Part shown: positions 8,161 to 15,767 of the stretch, one piece after another
Position numbering within the stretch: position 1 is the stretch's first letter
Layout of the letters: each line of letters starts with the position of its first letter
NCBI GenBank assembly: GCA_965263065.1
Contig: CBDHGH010000003.1
Span: 1,727,153 to 1,791,152 of the forward strand
Source of the DNA: Dehalococcoidia bacterium
GTDB taxonomy: Bacteria; Chloroflexota; Dehalococcoidia; Bin125
DNA: 64,000 nucleotides
Direction: 5' to 3'
Translations under genes and position numbers: made by a program
Notes under the pieces: model-generated
Databases searched by the model: none
Seen by the model: the letters and a program-made list of their open reading frames with translations, nothing else
Told to the model about the DNA's origin: nothing

Positions 8161-9450
8161 CTAGGCGCTGATCTGCTGCAGGCGGAAGGCGCGCGGCTGC
8201 GTCACCCGACCGCCGACCCGCTGCCGCCCGACGAAGCCGATCTGGTTCTTCTCGGCCAGCTGCTGGTCGCCGTCGATGCGCTGCACGGCGAAGCCCACCC
8301 GGTCGACCACGACGTAGCGGCTGAAGTCGCCGAACGCGATCGGCGTCGCCGCCGCCGCCACCGCCGGCATGAACTCCGAGCTCACCACCGCCCGTCCCAG
8401 CAGCGTCTCCGGCGTCGCCGCGAAGCCGCCCACCCAGAGGTACTGGTTGTTGCCGTCCTTGAGCTTGCGGATCGCGTCCTCGGTGGCGCTGTTGGTCACG
8501 AAGACGGCCGCGTCGCGGTACTGCGCCGGCAGCCCGTAGAACAGGTCGAGCAGCCCGTCGGCCGTCACCTTCGAGGCGTGCCCGCTCTTGACCGTCGGCA
8601 CGCCCGCCGTGTTGAGCAGCCCCAGCGGCTTGCCGACGCCGTCGCCGCTCAGGAACGCCTCCTCGTCGGACAGCCGCACCTCGTCGCCGAACAGCCCGGC
8701 CAGGATGTCGGTGAAGGGGACGGCGCTGTCCTCGACGAGGTTGCGGCTGGCCTTGGTCGTCAGCATCGCCGTGTGCACGGGGATGCGGATCGCGCCGAAG
8801 GTCGGCTCCGACTCCGCCGCGCCCTCGGCCGGCTGCTCATCGACCCAGGTGCGGCGCACGGCGCTGGCGTGGATGTCGTTGCCGCCCTCGATCGTGGGCC
8901 ACTCGACCGTGTCCCGCGACGTGGGGATCGCCGTCACGTGCTGGCGCAGGCCCGCCCGCGCGCCGGCCGCCCGCAGGATCTGCGCCTGCCAATCGACCGG
9001 CACCAGGTGGCCGCCCTCGCTGTCGGTGCCGGCCGTGAGCGCCTTCACGTAGGCGCCGCCCAGGGCCAGCACGGCGCGCTCGCCGTGGTGCACGTAGGTC
9101 TCGAACGCCTTGCGGTACAGCGCCGGTCGCTGCCGCTCGCCGGTCTCGCCACTGCCGACGCCCATGCCGCTGCCAACCGCCGCGGCGTTCGGGTCGCGCA
9201 GTCGCTGCGTCGCGCCGCGCTCGCCGTCGTGCCAGGCCTGTTCCAACTCCGAGACCGCGGCGTGGCGCTCCCGCTCGGCCAGGGCCGACTCGTAGGCCTG
9301 CCATTCCTCCCGGCCGCGCGCGATCAGGTCGTCGACCCGGGCGCCGACGTCGGCCGGCAGCTCCTCGCCGCCGTCGTGTTGTTCCAGCAGGGCGCGCGCT
9401 TCGGTCATCGTCTGGCGCGCGCGCTCGCGCAGGTCGTTACTGGTGGGCAT
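8161..9450 (-). CDS. HK97-family phage major capsid protein
   Basis: 429 aa. An N-terminal coiled-coil delta-like region is followed by ...ALTAGTDSEGGHLVPVDWQAQILR..., typical of the HK97 fold family. Sits after the protease. Confidence 0.85.
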   Translation of the reverse strand: MPTSNDLRERARQTMTEARALLEQHDGGEELPADVGARVDDLIARGREEWQAYESALAERERHAAVSELEQAWHDGERGATQRLRDPNAAAVGSGMGVGSGETGERQRPALYRKAFETYVHHGERAVLALGGAYVKALTAGTDSEGGHLVPVDWQAQILRAAGARAGLRQHVTAIPTSRDTVEWPTIEGGNDIHASAVRRTWVDEQPAEGAAESEPTFGAIRIPVHTAMLTTKASRNLVEDSAVPFTDILAGLFGDEVRLSDEEAFLSGDGVGKPLGLLNTAGVPTVKSGHASKVTADGLLDLFYGLPAQYRDAAVFVTNSATEDAIRKLKDGNNQYLWVGGFAATPETLLGRAVVSSEFMPAVAAAATPIAFGDFSRYVVVDRVGFAVQRIDGDQQLAEKNQIGFVGRQRVGGRVTQPRAFRLQQISA

Positions 9451-9501
9451 TGGGACTCCTTGACTGTGCTCTGCGATCGCTCGGTGGTTGGATGGGGTCG
9501 C

Positions 9502-10011
9502 TCAGGCGGGCGCCGGCGGCAGTGCGACATCGAGCCGCCGGCGCAGCGCGACGGCCGGCGCCCGCGGCCGCGCCGCCGGTCGCTCCAGCGGGCGCCCATC
9601 GAGCGCCGTCACACGCGCGTTCGGGTTGGCGGCCAGCGTCACCAGGCTGATCTCGACGAGGTCCAGCGTCTCGATGCGGCGCAGCGTGCGCCCGTCGCGA
9701 TGCTCGAAGCGCACCCGCCGCGGCACGAAGCCGATGCTGCACTCGCGCAGCGACCCGCGCTCGATCAGCGCCAGCGCGTCGGCCGCCCGCCGCGTGGGCG
9801 CGAGCGCCGCCTCGAACCACAGCCCGCGCCCGTCCTCGCGGACCGCCACGACGTGGCCCAGCGGCTCCGCCATCGCGTGCTGCCAGAGCAGCGGCAGGCG
9901 GTGCCCGCGGGCGCGCAGCGTGGCGCGGAAGGCGCCCGGGTCGAGGGCGTCGGCCTGCGCGTCGGGCGCGCCGAAGACGGCGGCGTAGCCGCTGATCCGG
10001 CGGCCGCTCAC
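9502..10011 (-). CDS. HK97-family prohead protease
   Basis: GTG start in a GTGA overlap with the portal stop. VSGRRISGYAAVFGAPDAQADALDPGAFRATL...LLWQH...ECSIGF is typical of the S78/U35 family. Confidence 0.8.
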   Translation of the reverse strand: MSGRRISGYAAVFGAPDAQADALDPGAFRATLRARGHRLPLLWQHAMAEPLGHVVAVREDGRGLWFEAALAPTRRAADALALIERGSLRECSIGFVPRRVRFEHRDGRTLRRIETLDLVEISLVTLAANPNARVTALDGRPLERPAARPRAPAVALRRRLDVALPPAPA

Positions 10012-11324
10012 GACCCCGCCTCCAGCGCGGGCCGCGCGTCCAGCGTCGCGACCGCGCCGCCGTCGGGCCCCGCCCACGACGCCAGCCGCGCCCCGCCCGT
10101 CGCCGCCCCGCCCACGAAGCGGTCGCCGTCGTCGATCGGCTCCAGGCCCAGCCGGCGGCGTGCGTCGTTGACGGTCAGCGCCCCGGCCCGCAGGCCGGCC
10201 AGCGCCGACCGCTCGATGCTCTCGCGCGATTCGCGCAGCGCCGCCACCTGGCTGAAGTCGAAGGCCACGCGCAGCCCCTCGGGCCGCGGGCCGTACTCGG
10301 GCGTCAGCTCGGCGTTGAACTTCTCGGCCAAGCGGCGGTAGAGGGAGAGCATCGTGTTCTCCCAGAAGAAGCGCCGCGCCTCGGCCATGTTGCTGAACGT
10401 CGATCGATCGAGCCCCACCTTGACGCCCACCAGCACCGGCGGCACGCGGAAGGCGGCGCAGATGCGCGCCTCGGTCTGCGCGCGCAGCTCCGGGAAGGCC
10501 ATCTCCTCCTGGGTCAGGCCGATGCGCTGGAATTCGGCGTCGGCGTCGAGCACGCCCACCTGGAAGCGGCCCAAGAGGCCGCGGAAGCGCTCCGACCAGC
10601 GCCGCCCGATGCGGCTCGCCTCGGGCTCGCCGCCGCGCAGCGCGCGCTTGAGCTTGATGATCCCGAAGGGCACGGCGGCGTTGCGAAAGAACGCTTCGAC
10701 GAAGCGCGAGGCTTCGCTGTCGGTGTCGATCTGGCGCGCGGCGGCCCGCACCGGCGAGAGCCCCCAGAGGTCGTTGGCCGGGTCGGGCAGCCGCAGGTGG
10801 ATCACGCTCTCGGCGGCCAGCCGCGTCTCGCGGTCGCCCACGCGGTGCACGTATCCCGCCACCAGGCGTCGCTCCCCCGCCACGATCTGGACGCGGTCGG
10901 GGCGCAGCTTCCACAGCGCCTCGATGCCGCCGCCGGTCCCGCCCTCGGGCCCGCGCTGCTTCAACAGGAAGGCGTTGCCGTAGACCAGCAGGTCGGTCAG
11001 CAGCGCCTCGATCAGCTCGAAGCCCGACTGCTCGGGGTTGGGACGCCCCAGCAGCCGCTGCAGGCCGTGCCCCGGCTGCGGCCGTCCCTCCCCGTCCTCG
11101 ACGCGCAGATCGACCTCCGCCGCCGTCGAGGCGATCTCCCGCACGCAGGCGTAGACCACCTCGTTGCCGCGGAAGCCCTCGCTGGCCAGCCGGTCCAGGG
11201 GCGTCGGCGCGGGCTGCTCGAGCCCGGCCTGCCAGGACGGCACGAGCGCCAGGGCGCCCTTGAGGCCTAAGTCGTGCAATGCCTGCGTAGTCAGGGCGAA
11301 GGAACCGGCGTCGGGGAGGGGCAT
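10008..11324 (-). CDS. HK97-family phage portal protein
   Basis: 438-aa ORF with portal-like sequence (…NEVVYACVREIASTAAEVDLRV…). Followed directly by the protease and capsid genes. Confidence 0.85.
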   Translation of the reverse strand: MPLPDAGSFALTTQALHDLGLKGALALVPSWQAGLEQPAPTPLDRLASEGFRGNEVVYACVREIASTAAEVDLRVEDGEGRPQPGHGLQRLLGRPNPEQSGFELIEALLTDLLVYGNAFLLKQRGPEGGTGGGIEALWKLRPDRVQIVAGERRLVAGYVHRVGDRETRLAAESVIHLRLPDPANDLWGLSPVRAAARQIDTDSEASRFVEAFFRNAAVPFGIIKLKRALRGGEPEASRIGRRWSERFRGLLGRFQVGVLDADAEFQRIGLTQEEMAFPELRAQTEARICAAFRVPPVLVGVKVGLDRSTFSNMAEARRFFWENTMLSLYRRLAEKFNAELTPEYGPRPEGLRVAFDFSQVAALRESRESIERSALAGLRAGALTVNDARRRLGLEPIDDGDRFVGGAATGGARLASWAGPDGGAVATLDARPALEAGS

Positions 11325-11390
11325 CGTGCTCTCGGCGGCGCCGGCCCCTGCCGTCGCCCGGAGCGGGTGCGTCCCGCCGATCGTCCAAGT

Positions 11391-11427
11391 GAGATCAGAA
11401 TACGCGAAGCGCGGATATCTGTCTGCT
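11391..11427 (-). promoter_or_regulatory. promoter-like motif upstream of portal, related to the one upstream of terS
   Basis: Minus strand reads AGCAGACAGATATCCGCGCTTCGCGTATTCTGATCTC. It shares ACAGATA..CGCG..TCGCGT..GATC with 18505-18541. Possible CAGACA-N17-TATTCT promoter. Confidence 0.3.
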
Positions 11428-11544
11428 ATGCGGGGAACAGAGGGAAGCGGATCCCGCCCGGCGGTCGCTCAGGCCCCGGCGCGGTCGCCCGGCCTCCACC
11501 GCGACACGATCATCGACTGGTGATCGCCGCGCTCACCCACGCAA

Positions 11545-11602
11545 TTGAAACGCGAGTTTCAACTTCTCGAGAAGTTGAAACAAATCCGCTGATTTGTTTC
11601 AC
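11545..11602. repeat. array of four TTGAAAC/GTTTCAA half-sites including a perfect 26-nt palindrome
   Basis: TTGAAAC at 11545-11551, GTTTCAA at 11556-11562, TTGAAAC at 11575-11581, GTTTCAC at 11596-11602. GTTTCAACTTCTCGAGAAGTTGAAAC (11556-11581) is self-complementary. AT-rich patch in GC-rich DNA. Confidence 0.6.
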
Positions 11603-12036
11603 TCCCGACCGCGCGCCCCCTCCGCCCCCTGCTGCCCCGCCCGCGACTGCAGCGCCCGCAGCGGGACCGTCGCCGCCAGCACGCCGTCCACCCGCACCTC
11701 GAACGCGTACTGGCCCGGCCGCTTCAGCGCCAGACCGTTGATCTGGATGGGGTGCGTGAACTGATGCGGCTGCCCCGGCTCCATCCCCGGCGGCACGACC
11801 ACCCGCGCGTCGATCTTGAACAGCCGCGCGCCGTCCGCGTCGATGAAGCGCACGTCGAGGTCGTGCGCGCGATTGCCGTCCGCCGCCGACGCCTCCAGCC
11901 GCAGCACCAGCGTCATGCTGGGGTGCGTCGTGGGGAACTTCGGCGCCTGAATCGCGTCGAAGATGCCCAGCAGGTTGAGCTTGCCGTCCCGCGACGTGTT
12001 GGCCGCGTCGGCCAGCAGTGCCAAACTGACGTCCAT
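11599..12036 (-). CDS. hypothetical beta-rich protein (possibly DUF6941-like; family name unverified)
   Basis: 145 aa from ATG 12036: MDVSLALLADAANTSRDGKLNLLGIFDAIQAPKFPTTHPSMTLVLRLEA... The longer upstream ORF extension is Arg/Gly-rich noise. Confidence 0.5.
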   Translation of the reverse strand: MDVSLALLADAANTSRDGKLNLLGIFDAIQAPKFPTTHPSMTLVLRLEASAADGNRAHDLDVRFIDADGARLFKIDARVVVPPGMEPGQPHQFTHPIQINGLALKRPGQYAFEVRVDGVLAATVPLRALQSRAGQQGAEGARGRE

Positions 12037-12087
12037 GCCGGCAGTGTCGCACACGGGACGCCGCCGCCGACCCGAGAGGCGTTGCCC

Positions 12088-12495
12088 ATGCCCGACCCAG
12101 GACCGCTCGCCGAATCGACCGTGATGCCCTTCGTCACCTGCAGCGACCCCGAGCGCGCGAAAGCGTTCTACGGCACCACGCTGGGGCTGCCCCTGCTCTC
12201 GGAGGACGGCTTCGGGCTCGTCTTCGCGACCGGCGGCGTGGTGCTCCGCGTCGCCATCACCGCCGACGTGCAGCCGGCCCCCTACACGGTGCTCGGCTGG
12301 AACGTGCCCGACATCGCCGCCAGCCTCGCCGCGCTCAGCGCCGCCGGCGTCGAGATGCAGCGCTTCCCCGGCATGGATCAGGACGCCGACGGCATCTGGA
12401 CCGTGCCCGGCGGCGCCCGCGTCGCCTGGTTCCGCGACCCCGACGACAACCTGCTCTCGGTGACGCAGGCCCCGCCGTCGGACGGCTCCGCTTAG
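12088..12495 (+). CDS. VOC/glyoxalase-family protein
   Basis: 135 aa. FVTCSDPERAKAFYGTTLGLPLL...VAWFRDPDDNLLSV is typical of the glyoxalase/bleomycin-resistance fold. Confidence 0.7.
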   Translation: MPDPGPLAESTVMPFVTCSDPERAKAFYGTTLGLPLLSEDGFGLVFATGGVVLRVAITADVQPAPYTVLGWNVPDIAASLAALSAAGVEMQRFPGMDQDADGIWTVPGGARVAWFRDPDDNLLSVTQAPPSDGSA

Positions 12496-12567
12496 GCCGG
12501 GATCCATGGCCGCCCCCTGGTAGCCTGCTCGCGGGAGGACCGGAATCGCGAGAAGTGGAGCCAGGCG

Positions 12568-13251
12568 ATGGCGGGCAGACAGGACGTTGGGATGCACGAT
12601 GCTGCCCTGCAGTCCGGTTCGCTGCTGGAGGAAGGACTGAGGCGCCTAGAGGATGACTACCGGGGAGAACCAGAGACGCGGGACAGCATCCTCCAAGATC
12701 TGTCTTTGGGGCTTGAAGTCCTGCTGAAGCTAACCCTTCGGCTGTTTGGCGAAAGCGAAGAAAGCATCGGCCGCGATCACAAGATTCCCGCCTTGCTCGA
12801 CAAACTGCTGCCACTAGTGCCGACCCACTCGACGCCAGCAGGCCGTCGCGAGTTCCTTGAGGGCGATCCGCGGTTCCGGGAGTTGCTGGAGATGCTAGGC
12901 AGGCATGGCGGAGCGGGTAAGTACGGTGCTCTTGACGCGGCTTTGGGCAGGAACACGACCGGCGCGTCGGATCAGTCGGCCTCCGAGATGTGGAAAAAGA
13001 TGAAATTGGACCTGCTGGACGACGACTGGTTCAATCTGATGAAGTCCGATCCCGGGCACTTCTGCCAACAGTACTACCCGCACGTCTACCGGGTGGTCGG
13101 CACATCGCTGGCCTACGGTATCCACTCGCTGTGGTGGTTATGGGCGCACGGTCCTCAAGCCGAGCAAGGTAGGCGGTGGTATGTCGCCTTGACAGGCGAG
13201 CCAGGGCGTCGCGTGAACGGACTCGCGATGAAGTTCGGGGAGATGAACTAG
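12568..13251 (+). CDS. hypothetical protein with an HEPN-like N-terminal helical region
   Basis: 227-aa ORF in a lower-GC stretch. LSLGLEVLLKLTLRLFGESEESIGRDHKIPALLDKLL resembles the LE-x-LK...H-x-x-x-LL helices of HEPN domains (by eye). Confidence 0.45.
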   Translation: MAGRQDVGMHDAALQSGSLLEEGLRRLEDDYRGEPETRDSILQDLSLGLEVLLKLTLRLFGESEESIGRDHKIPALLDKLLPLVPTHSTPAGRREFLEGDPRFRELLEMLGRHGGAGKYGALDAALGRNTTGASDQSASEMWKKMKLDLLDDDWFNLMKSDPGHFCQQYYPHVYRVVGTSLAYGIHSLWWLWAHGPQAEQGRRWYVALTGEPGRRVNGLAMKFGEMN

Positions 13252-13324
13252 CTGCTCCGCGTCGCGCGGCTGGCGGAGCTGTCGGGGTAGGGTGGGGGGC
13301 GGCTGGGTGGAGACCAGCCGCGTG

Positions 13325-13368
13325 CAAGCAACTGCTCCCTTCAGTCATGACGAGGGGGCAGTTGCTTG
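13325..13368. terminator. 15-bp hairpin between convergent genes
   Basis: CAAGCAACTGCTCCC (13325-13339) pairs with GGGGGCAGTTGCTTG (13354-13368) with one mismatch and a 14-nt loop. No U-tract. Confidence 0.4.
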
Positions 13369-13393
13369 AATCACGTGATTCGAGGTTGACGTC

Positions 13394-13513
13394 CTACTTC
13401 TTCTTCCGCGGGGAGACAGTCTGCTTGTAGGTCGTCTTGGGATTGCGAGCCATCTGACGGTTCGAAACGAATCGACCATTGATCGCCGACTTGTTGACGG
13501 ATCGTTTGCCCAT
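13394..13513 (-). CDS. 39-aa basic microprotein
   Basis: Manual translation: MGKRSVNKSAINGRFVSNRQMARNPKTTYKQTVSPRKKK. AAAGGGGGG RBS upstream. Immediately downstream of the DUF3892 gene. Below the ORF-track size cutoff. Confidence 0.4.
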   Translation of the reverse strand: MGKRSVNKSAINGRFVSNRQMARNPKTTYKQTVSPRKKK

Positions 13514-13564
13514 GTTCTTGCGCCCCCCTTTCGGCCGTCGGTGCTGCCGGCCGAGCGATCCGGG

Positions 13565-13819
13565 TCAGCAGTTTGGAAGGTTGTCGAGATTGTCGGAACA
13601 GGAGGAGTTCGGATCGGTTCGGAGGTACTTGCCCGTGCGTCCGTGCACCACCTGCACAGTGGCGCGACGGCTGTACCCATCCTGCACGTAGTACTTGTGC
13701 ACCCCGGCCTCAATCTCGATGATCGCTAGTGCCTTGTTGGTCCGTCCCCACGACCCGCAGAGCGCGGTGATGTCGCGGTCGCTGTCCTTGCCCGTTCGGG
13801 TTACTCGTCGGTCTGCCAT
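13565..13819 (-). CDS. DUF3892 domain protein
   Basis: 84 aa from ATG 13819 with a GGAGGG RBS. ...DRDITALCGSWGRTNKALAIIEIEAGVHKYYVQDG...GKYLRTDPNSSCSDNLDNLPNC matches my recollection of the DUF3892 pattern. Confidence 0.65.
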   Translation of the reverse strand: MADRRVTRTGKDSDRDITALCGSWGRTNKALAIIEIEAGVHKYYVQDGYSRRATVQVVHGRTGKYLRTDPNSSCSDNLDNLPNC

Positions 13820-13829
13820 GATGCCCTCC

Positions 13830-13891
13830 CGCGCAATAGGATTGTGGTGTTGCGCAATCGCACCGTACACTGGCGTTGTGTGATTGCGCAA
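13830..13891 (-). promoter_or_regulatory. operator-like TTGCGCAA palindromes and promoter in front of the DUF3892 gene
   Basis: Perfect TTGCGCAA at 13850-13857 and 13884-13891, and a degenerate CGCGCAAT at 13830-13837. The minus strand reads TTGCGC-N18-TACGGT (-10 at 13862-13867). Confidence 0.55.
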
Positions 13892-13894
13892 GCG

Positions 13895-14533
13895 TCACAA
13901 CCCAGGAGGGGGATCCTCTGTGTCGCAGCTGTCAATCAAGCCCAAGTCCTGTAGGCAGATTCGCAACGTCGTGCGCGAGACCCCCCACCTCTTAGCGGTG
14001 CCGCGGAAGTCCCTCCGCACCTCGTCGATGCTCGCGCGCACCAAGTCTGCGGGCAGCAGCAGGTGCGCCGCGAAGTTGTTCGCGTTCACCTCCCGGATCC
14101 GTTCAACTTCCGACAGCCCTGGGGATTCACGGTGATAGCAGTATTGCTCGCCGGTCTTCGAATCGAGATCGAAGCTCAACTGTCTAGGATCGTCGGCGTC
14201 GTAGATCCAATGCCCCAACTCGTGGGCGAGCGTGAAGCGCTCTGGTCCGACGCATTGCTCGAACAGGGCCTCGTGCCTCGAGTTGAGCATGATTCGCCGC
14301 TCGCGCGGCGCCAGCGCTCCGAGGATCATGGCTTCGGGAGGCTCCGGGATATCACCCCAGAGGATCTGCAGTTTGTGGGTCTGTTCGACGATCAACTCGA
14401 TCGGCACCGGGAGCGTCACCGGCGTGCCGTGAATTGATGCGTGTCGAGCGAGGACTTCGCTTGCTTTCCTCGCGTGGAGGTGATCGGGCCGGGGAAAGGT
14501 TCGCTGGGGCATCAGCGCTTGCCGGCCTTCCAT
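13895..14533 (-). CDS. ImmA/IrrE-family metallopeptidase
   Basis: HELGH motif (FTLAHELGHWIY) plus NNFAAHLLLP. An alternative start at 14512 would give a TGATG overlap with the XRE stop. Confidence 0.75.
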   Translation of the reverse strand: MEGRQALMPQRTFPRPDHLHARKASEVLARHASIHGTPVTLPVPIELIVEQTHKLQILWGDIPEPPEAMILGALAPRERRIMLNSRHEALFEQCVGPERFTLAHELGHWIYDADDPRQLSFDLDSKTGEQYCYHRESPGLSEVERIREVNANNFAAHLLLPADLVRASIDEVRRDFRGTAKRWGVSRTTLRICLQDLGLIDSCDTEDPPPGL

Positions 14534-14811
14534 TTGCGTAGGTACTCAAGGGAGCCCGTGGGATCCGCGGCGAACTGCTCAATTAAGTCTGGCGGCATGC
14601 GTCTCGCCGCCAGGAGGAGTTCGTCGAAGTCGCAGTCGAAGAGATCTGCGATCTTCCGCAGAAGATCATCGCTCGGGTTCTCGCGGCCAGCTTCGATCTT
14701 CGAGATGTGAGGCACGCCGACGCCAACCGCGTCGGCGAGCTCACGCTGAGTCATGGCTCGCGTCAGTCGTTCGCGTTTTATCCGCTGCCCGACCGGCTCA
14801 ATGCCGCTCAC
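14512..14811 (-). CDS. XRE-family HTH transcriptional regulator (ImmR-like)
   Basis: VGQRIKRERLTRAMTQRELADAVGVGVPHISKIEAGRENPS. I place the start at GTG 14811, because the ORF-track extension to 14895 contains the TTGCGCAA site. Confidence 0.7.
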   Translation of the reverse strand: MSGIEPVGQRIKRERLTRAMTQRELADAVGVGVPHISKIEAGRENPSDDLLRKIADLFDCDFDELLLAARRMPPDLIEQFAADPTGSLEYLRKWKAGKR

Positions 14812-14838
14812 ATGAGTATTGTCGCCGTTCTTGTGGAC

Positions 14839-14846
14839 TTGCGCAA
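14839..14846 (-). promoter_or_regulatory. TTGCGCAA palindrome upstream of the XRE gene (putative autoregulatory operator/-35)
   Basis: Perfect 8-mer, about 27 nt upstream of GTG 14811. The minus strand reads TTGCGC-N17-GACAAT followed by 6 nt and then the GTG. Confidence 0.5.
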
Positions 14847-14946
14847 CTGCTGACCGGCCTTCCCGGTCGAACGCAGTTACTGCTTGGTTCCACATCTCCC
14901 CGCTCGTGGGGGATCCACGGTCGCCCCCCTACGACCCCCCACGCCA

Positions 14947-14975
14947 CCGCAGCACGGGACGACGCGCCGCCGCCA
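14947..14975. repeat. 29-nt repeat, copy A
   Basis: CCGCAGCACGGGACGACGCGCCGCCGCCA recurs at 15608-15636 with 2 mismatches. Confidence 0.6.
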
Positions 14976-15053
14976 GCGCCTCGTGTTGCCCGAAGAGGCC
15001 GCCTCAAGTACGAATGACCCGCCTGAAGGCAGCCAGCGAGGGGGCTCTCGGGG

Positions 15054-15338
15054 ATGGACCTGCGCTTCTACGTCGACCCCGAGACGAGAGACCCTCACAT
15101 CCACGGCCACGGAGTCGAAGATTACGAAGTCGAGGACGTGCTACGCTCGCCTCGCGAGGACAGGTCTGGACGAGATGACTCGCGCGTTGCCATCGGTCAA
15201 ACGCAAGAGGGGCGGTACCTCCGCGTGATCTACAAGCGTGATCCGGGACCGGACAGGTTCTTCGTGATCACCGCGTACGAGTTGACCGGCAAGCCCCTGA
15301 CTGCCTACCGGCGGCGGATGAGAAGGAGAGGCGCATGA
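15054..15338 (+). CDS. small toxin-fold protein (DUF4258/BrnT-like by eye)
   Basis: 94 aa. HIHGHGVEDYEVEDVLRSP...GRYLRVIYKRDPGPDRFFVITAYEL. ATGA overlap with the next gene. Confidence 0.5.
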   Translation: MDLRFYVDPETRDPHIHGHGVEDYEVEDVLRSPREDRSGRDDSRVAIGQTQEGRYLRVIYKRDPGPDRFFVITAYELTGKPLTAYRRRMRRRGA

Positions 15339-15502
15339 GCGAAGCAGTCAACCGCTTCCCGCCAGGCTGGGACGAAGCGCGCGTGCGCGACCTCATCGAG
15401 CACTACGAGTCGCAGACGGAGGACGAGGCGGTGGCGGAGGACGAGGCGGCGTTCGACGACAAGTCGCAGACGGTGATGCTGATCCCCAACGAGCTGGTCC
15501 CC
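15335..15502 (+). repeat. 168-nt direct repeat, copy 1
   Basis: About 94% identical by eye to 16127-16294 (roughly 10-11 mismatches). Both copies start exactly at the ATG. Confidence 0.85.
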
Positions 15503-15565
15503 GCCGTGCGGGCGCTCCTCCCGGCGTCCCCCGGCGCGACACCGGCGATGGCCGACCGGCCGTAG
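15335..15565 (+). CDS. acidic antitoxin-like protein (copy 1)
   Basis: 76 aa. NRFPPGWDEARVRDLIEHYESQTEDEAVAEDEAAFDDKSQTVMLIPNELVPAVRALL. Translationally coupled to the upstream toxin-like gene. Confidence 0.5.
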   Translation: MSEAVNRFPPGWDEARVRDLIEHYESQTEDEAVAEDEAAFDDKSQTVMLIPNELVPAVRALLPASPGATPAMADRP

Positions 15566-15607
15566 CAACTCGCCGGCGAGCACCCCCGACGTCCCCCCGA
15601 CCGCCCC

Positions 15608-15636
15608 CCGCAGCACCCGACGACGCGCCGCCGCCA
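15608..15636. repeat. 29-nt repeat, copy B
   Basis: CCGCAGCACCCGACGACGCGCCGCCGCCA. In addition, GATGGGGCGCTCCAGACGCCGCC at 15653-15675 recurs at 16298-16321. Confidence 0.6.
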
Positions 15637-15767
15637 TCCCATCCAGCCGGCCGATGGGGCGCTCCAGACGCCGCCGGTGCCGGCCGTACCCCGATCGCCC
15701 AGCCGCAGCGGCCCCCGATGCGGCATCGATCAACACGCCGTGCTTGAGGGGACGCTAGAATGACCTC

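Noticed and set aside
6691-10341. 1216-aa plus-strand ORF spanning the capsid, protease and connector region. Similar giant ORFs occur at 9502-11388, 2115-4322, 16455-18461 and 18086-19888.
   Set aside because: The translations are Arg/Pro/Gly/Ala-rich and non-protein-like, and they run antisense to or out of frame with clearly recognisable phage genes. These are typical shadow ORFs of very GC-rich DNA.
11556-11581. The CTCGAG core of the 26-nt palindrome considered as a protected or target site of the R-M pair at 33.7-35.4 kb.
   Set aside because: CTCGAG occurs many times elsewhere in the window (for example near 29018, 29060, 36430, 40674, 51945, 55788 and 56716). That is roughly as expected for this composition, and nothing links the MTase specificity to it.
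13455-13475. GGTTCGAAAC resembling a tRNA T-arm; other GGTTC-like strings occur near 48795.
   Set aside because: No acceptor or anticodon arms can be drawn. The first lies inside the 39-aa ORF and the second is part of the TPP riboswitch.
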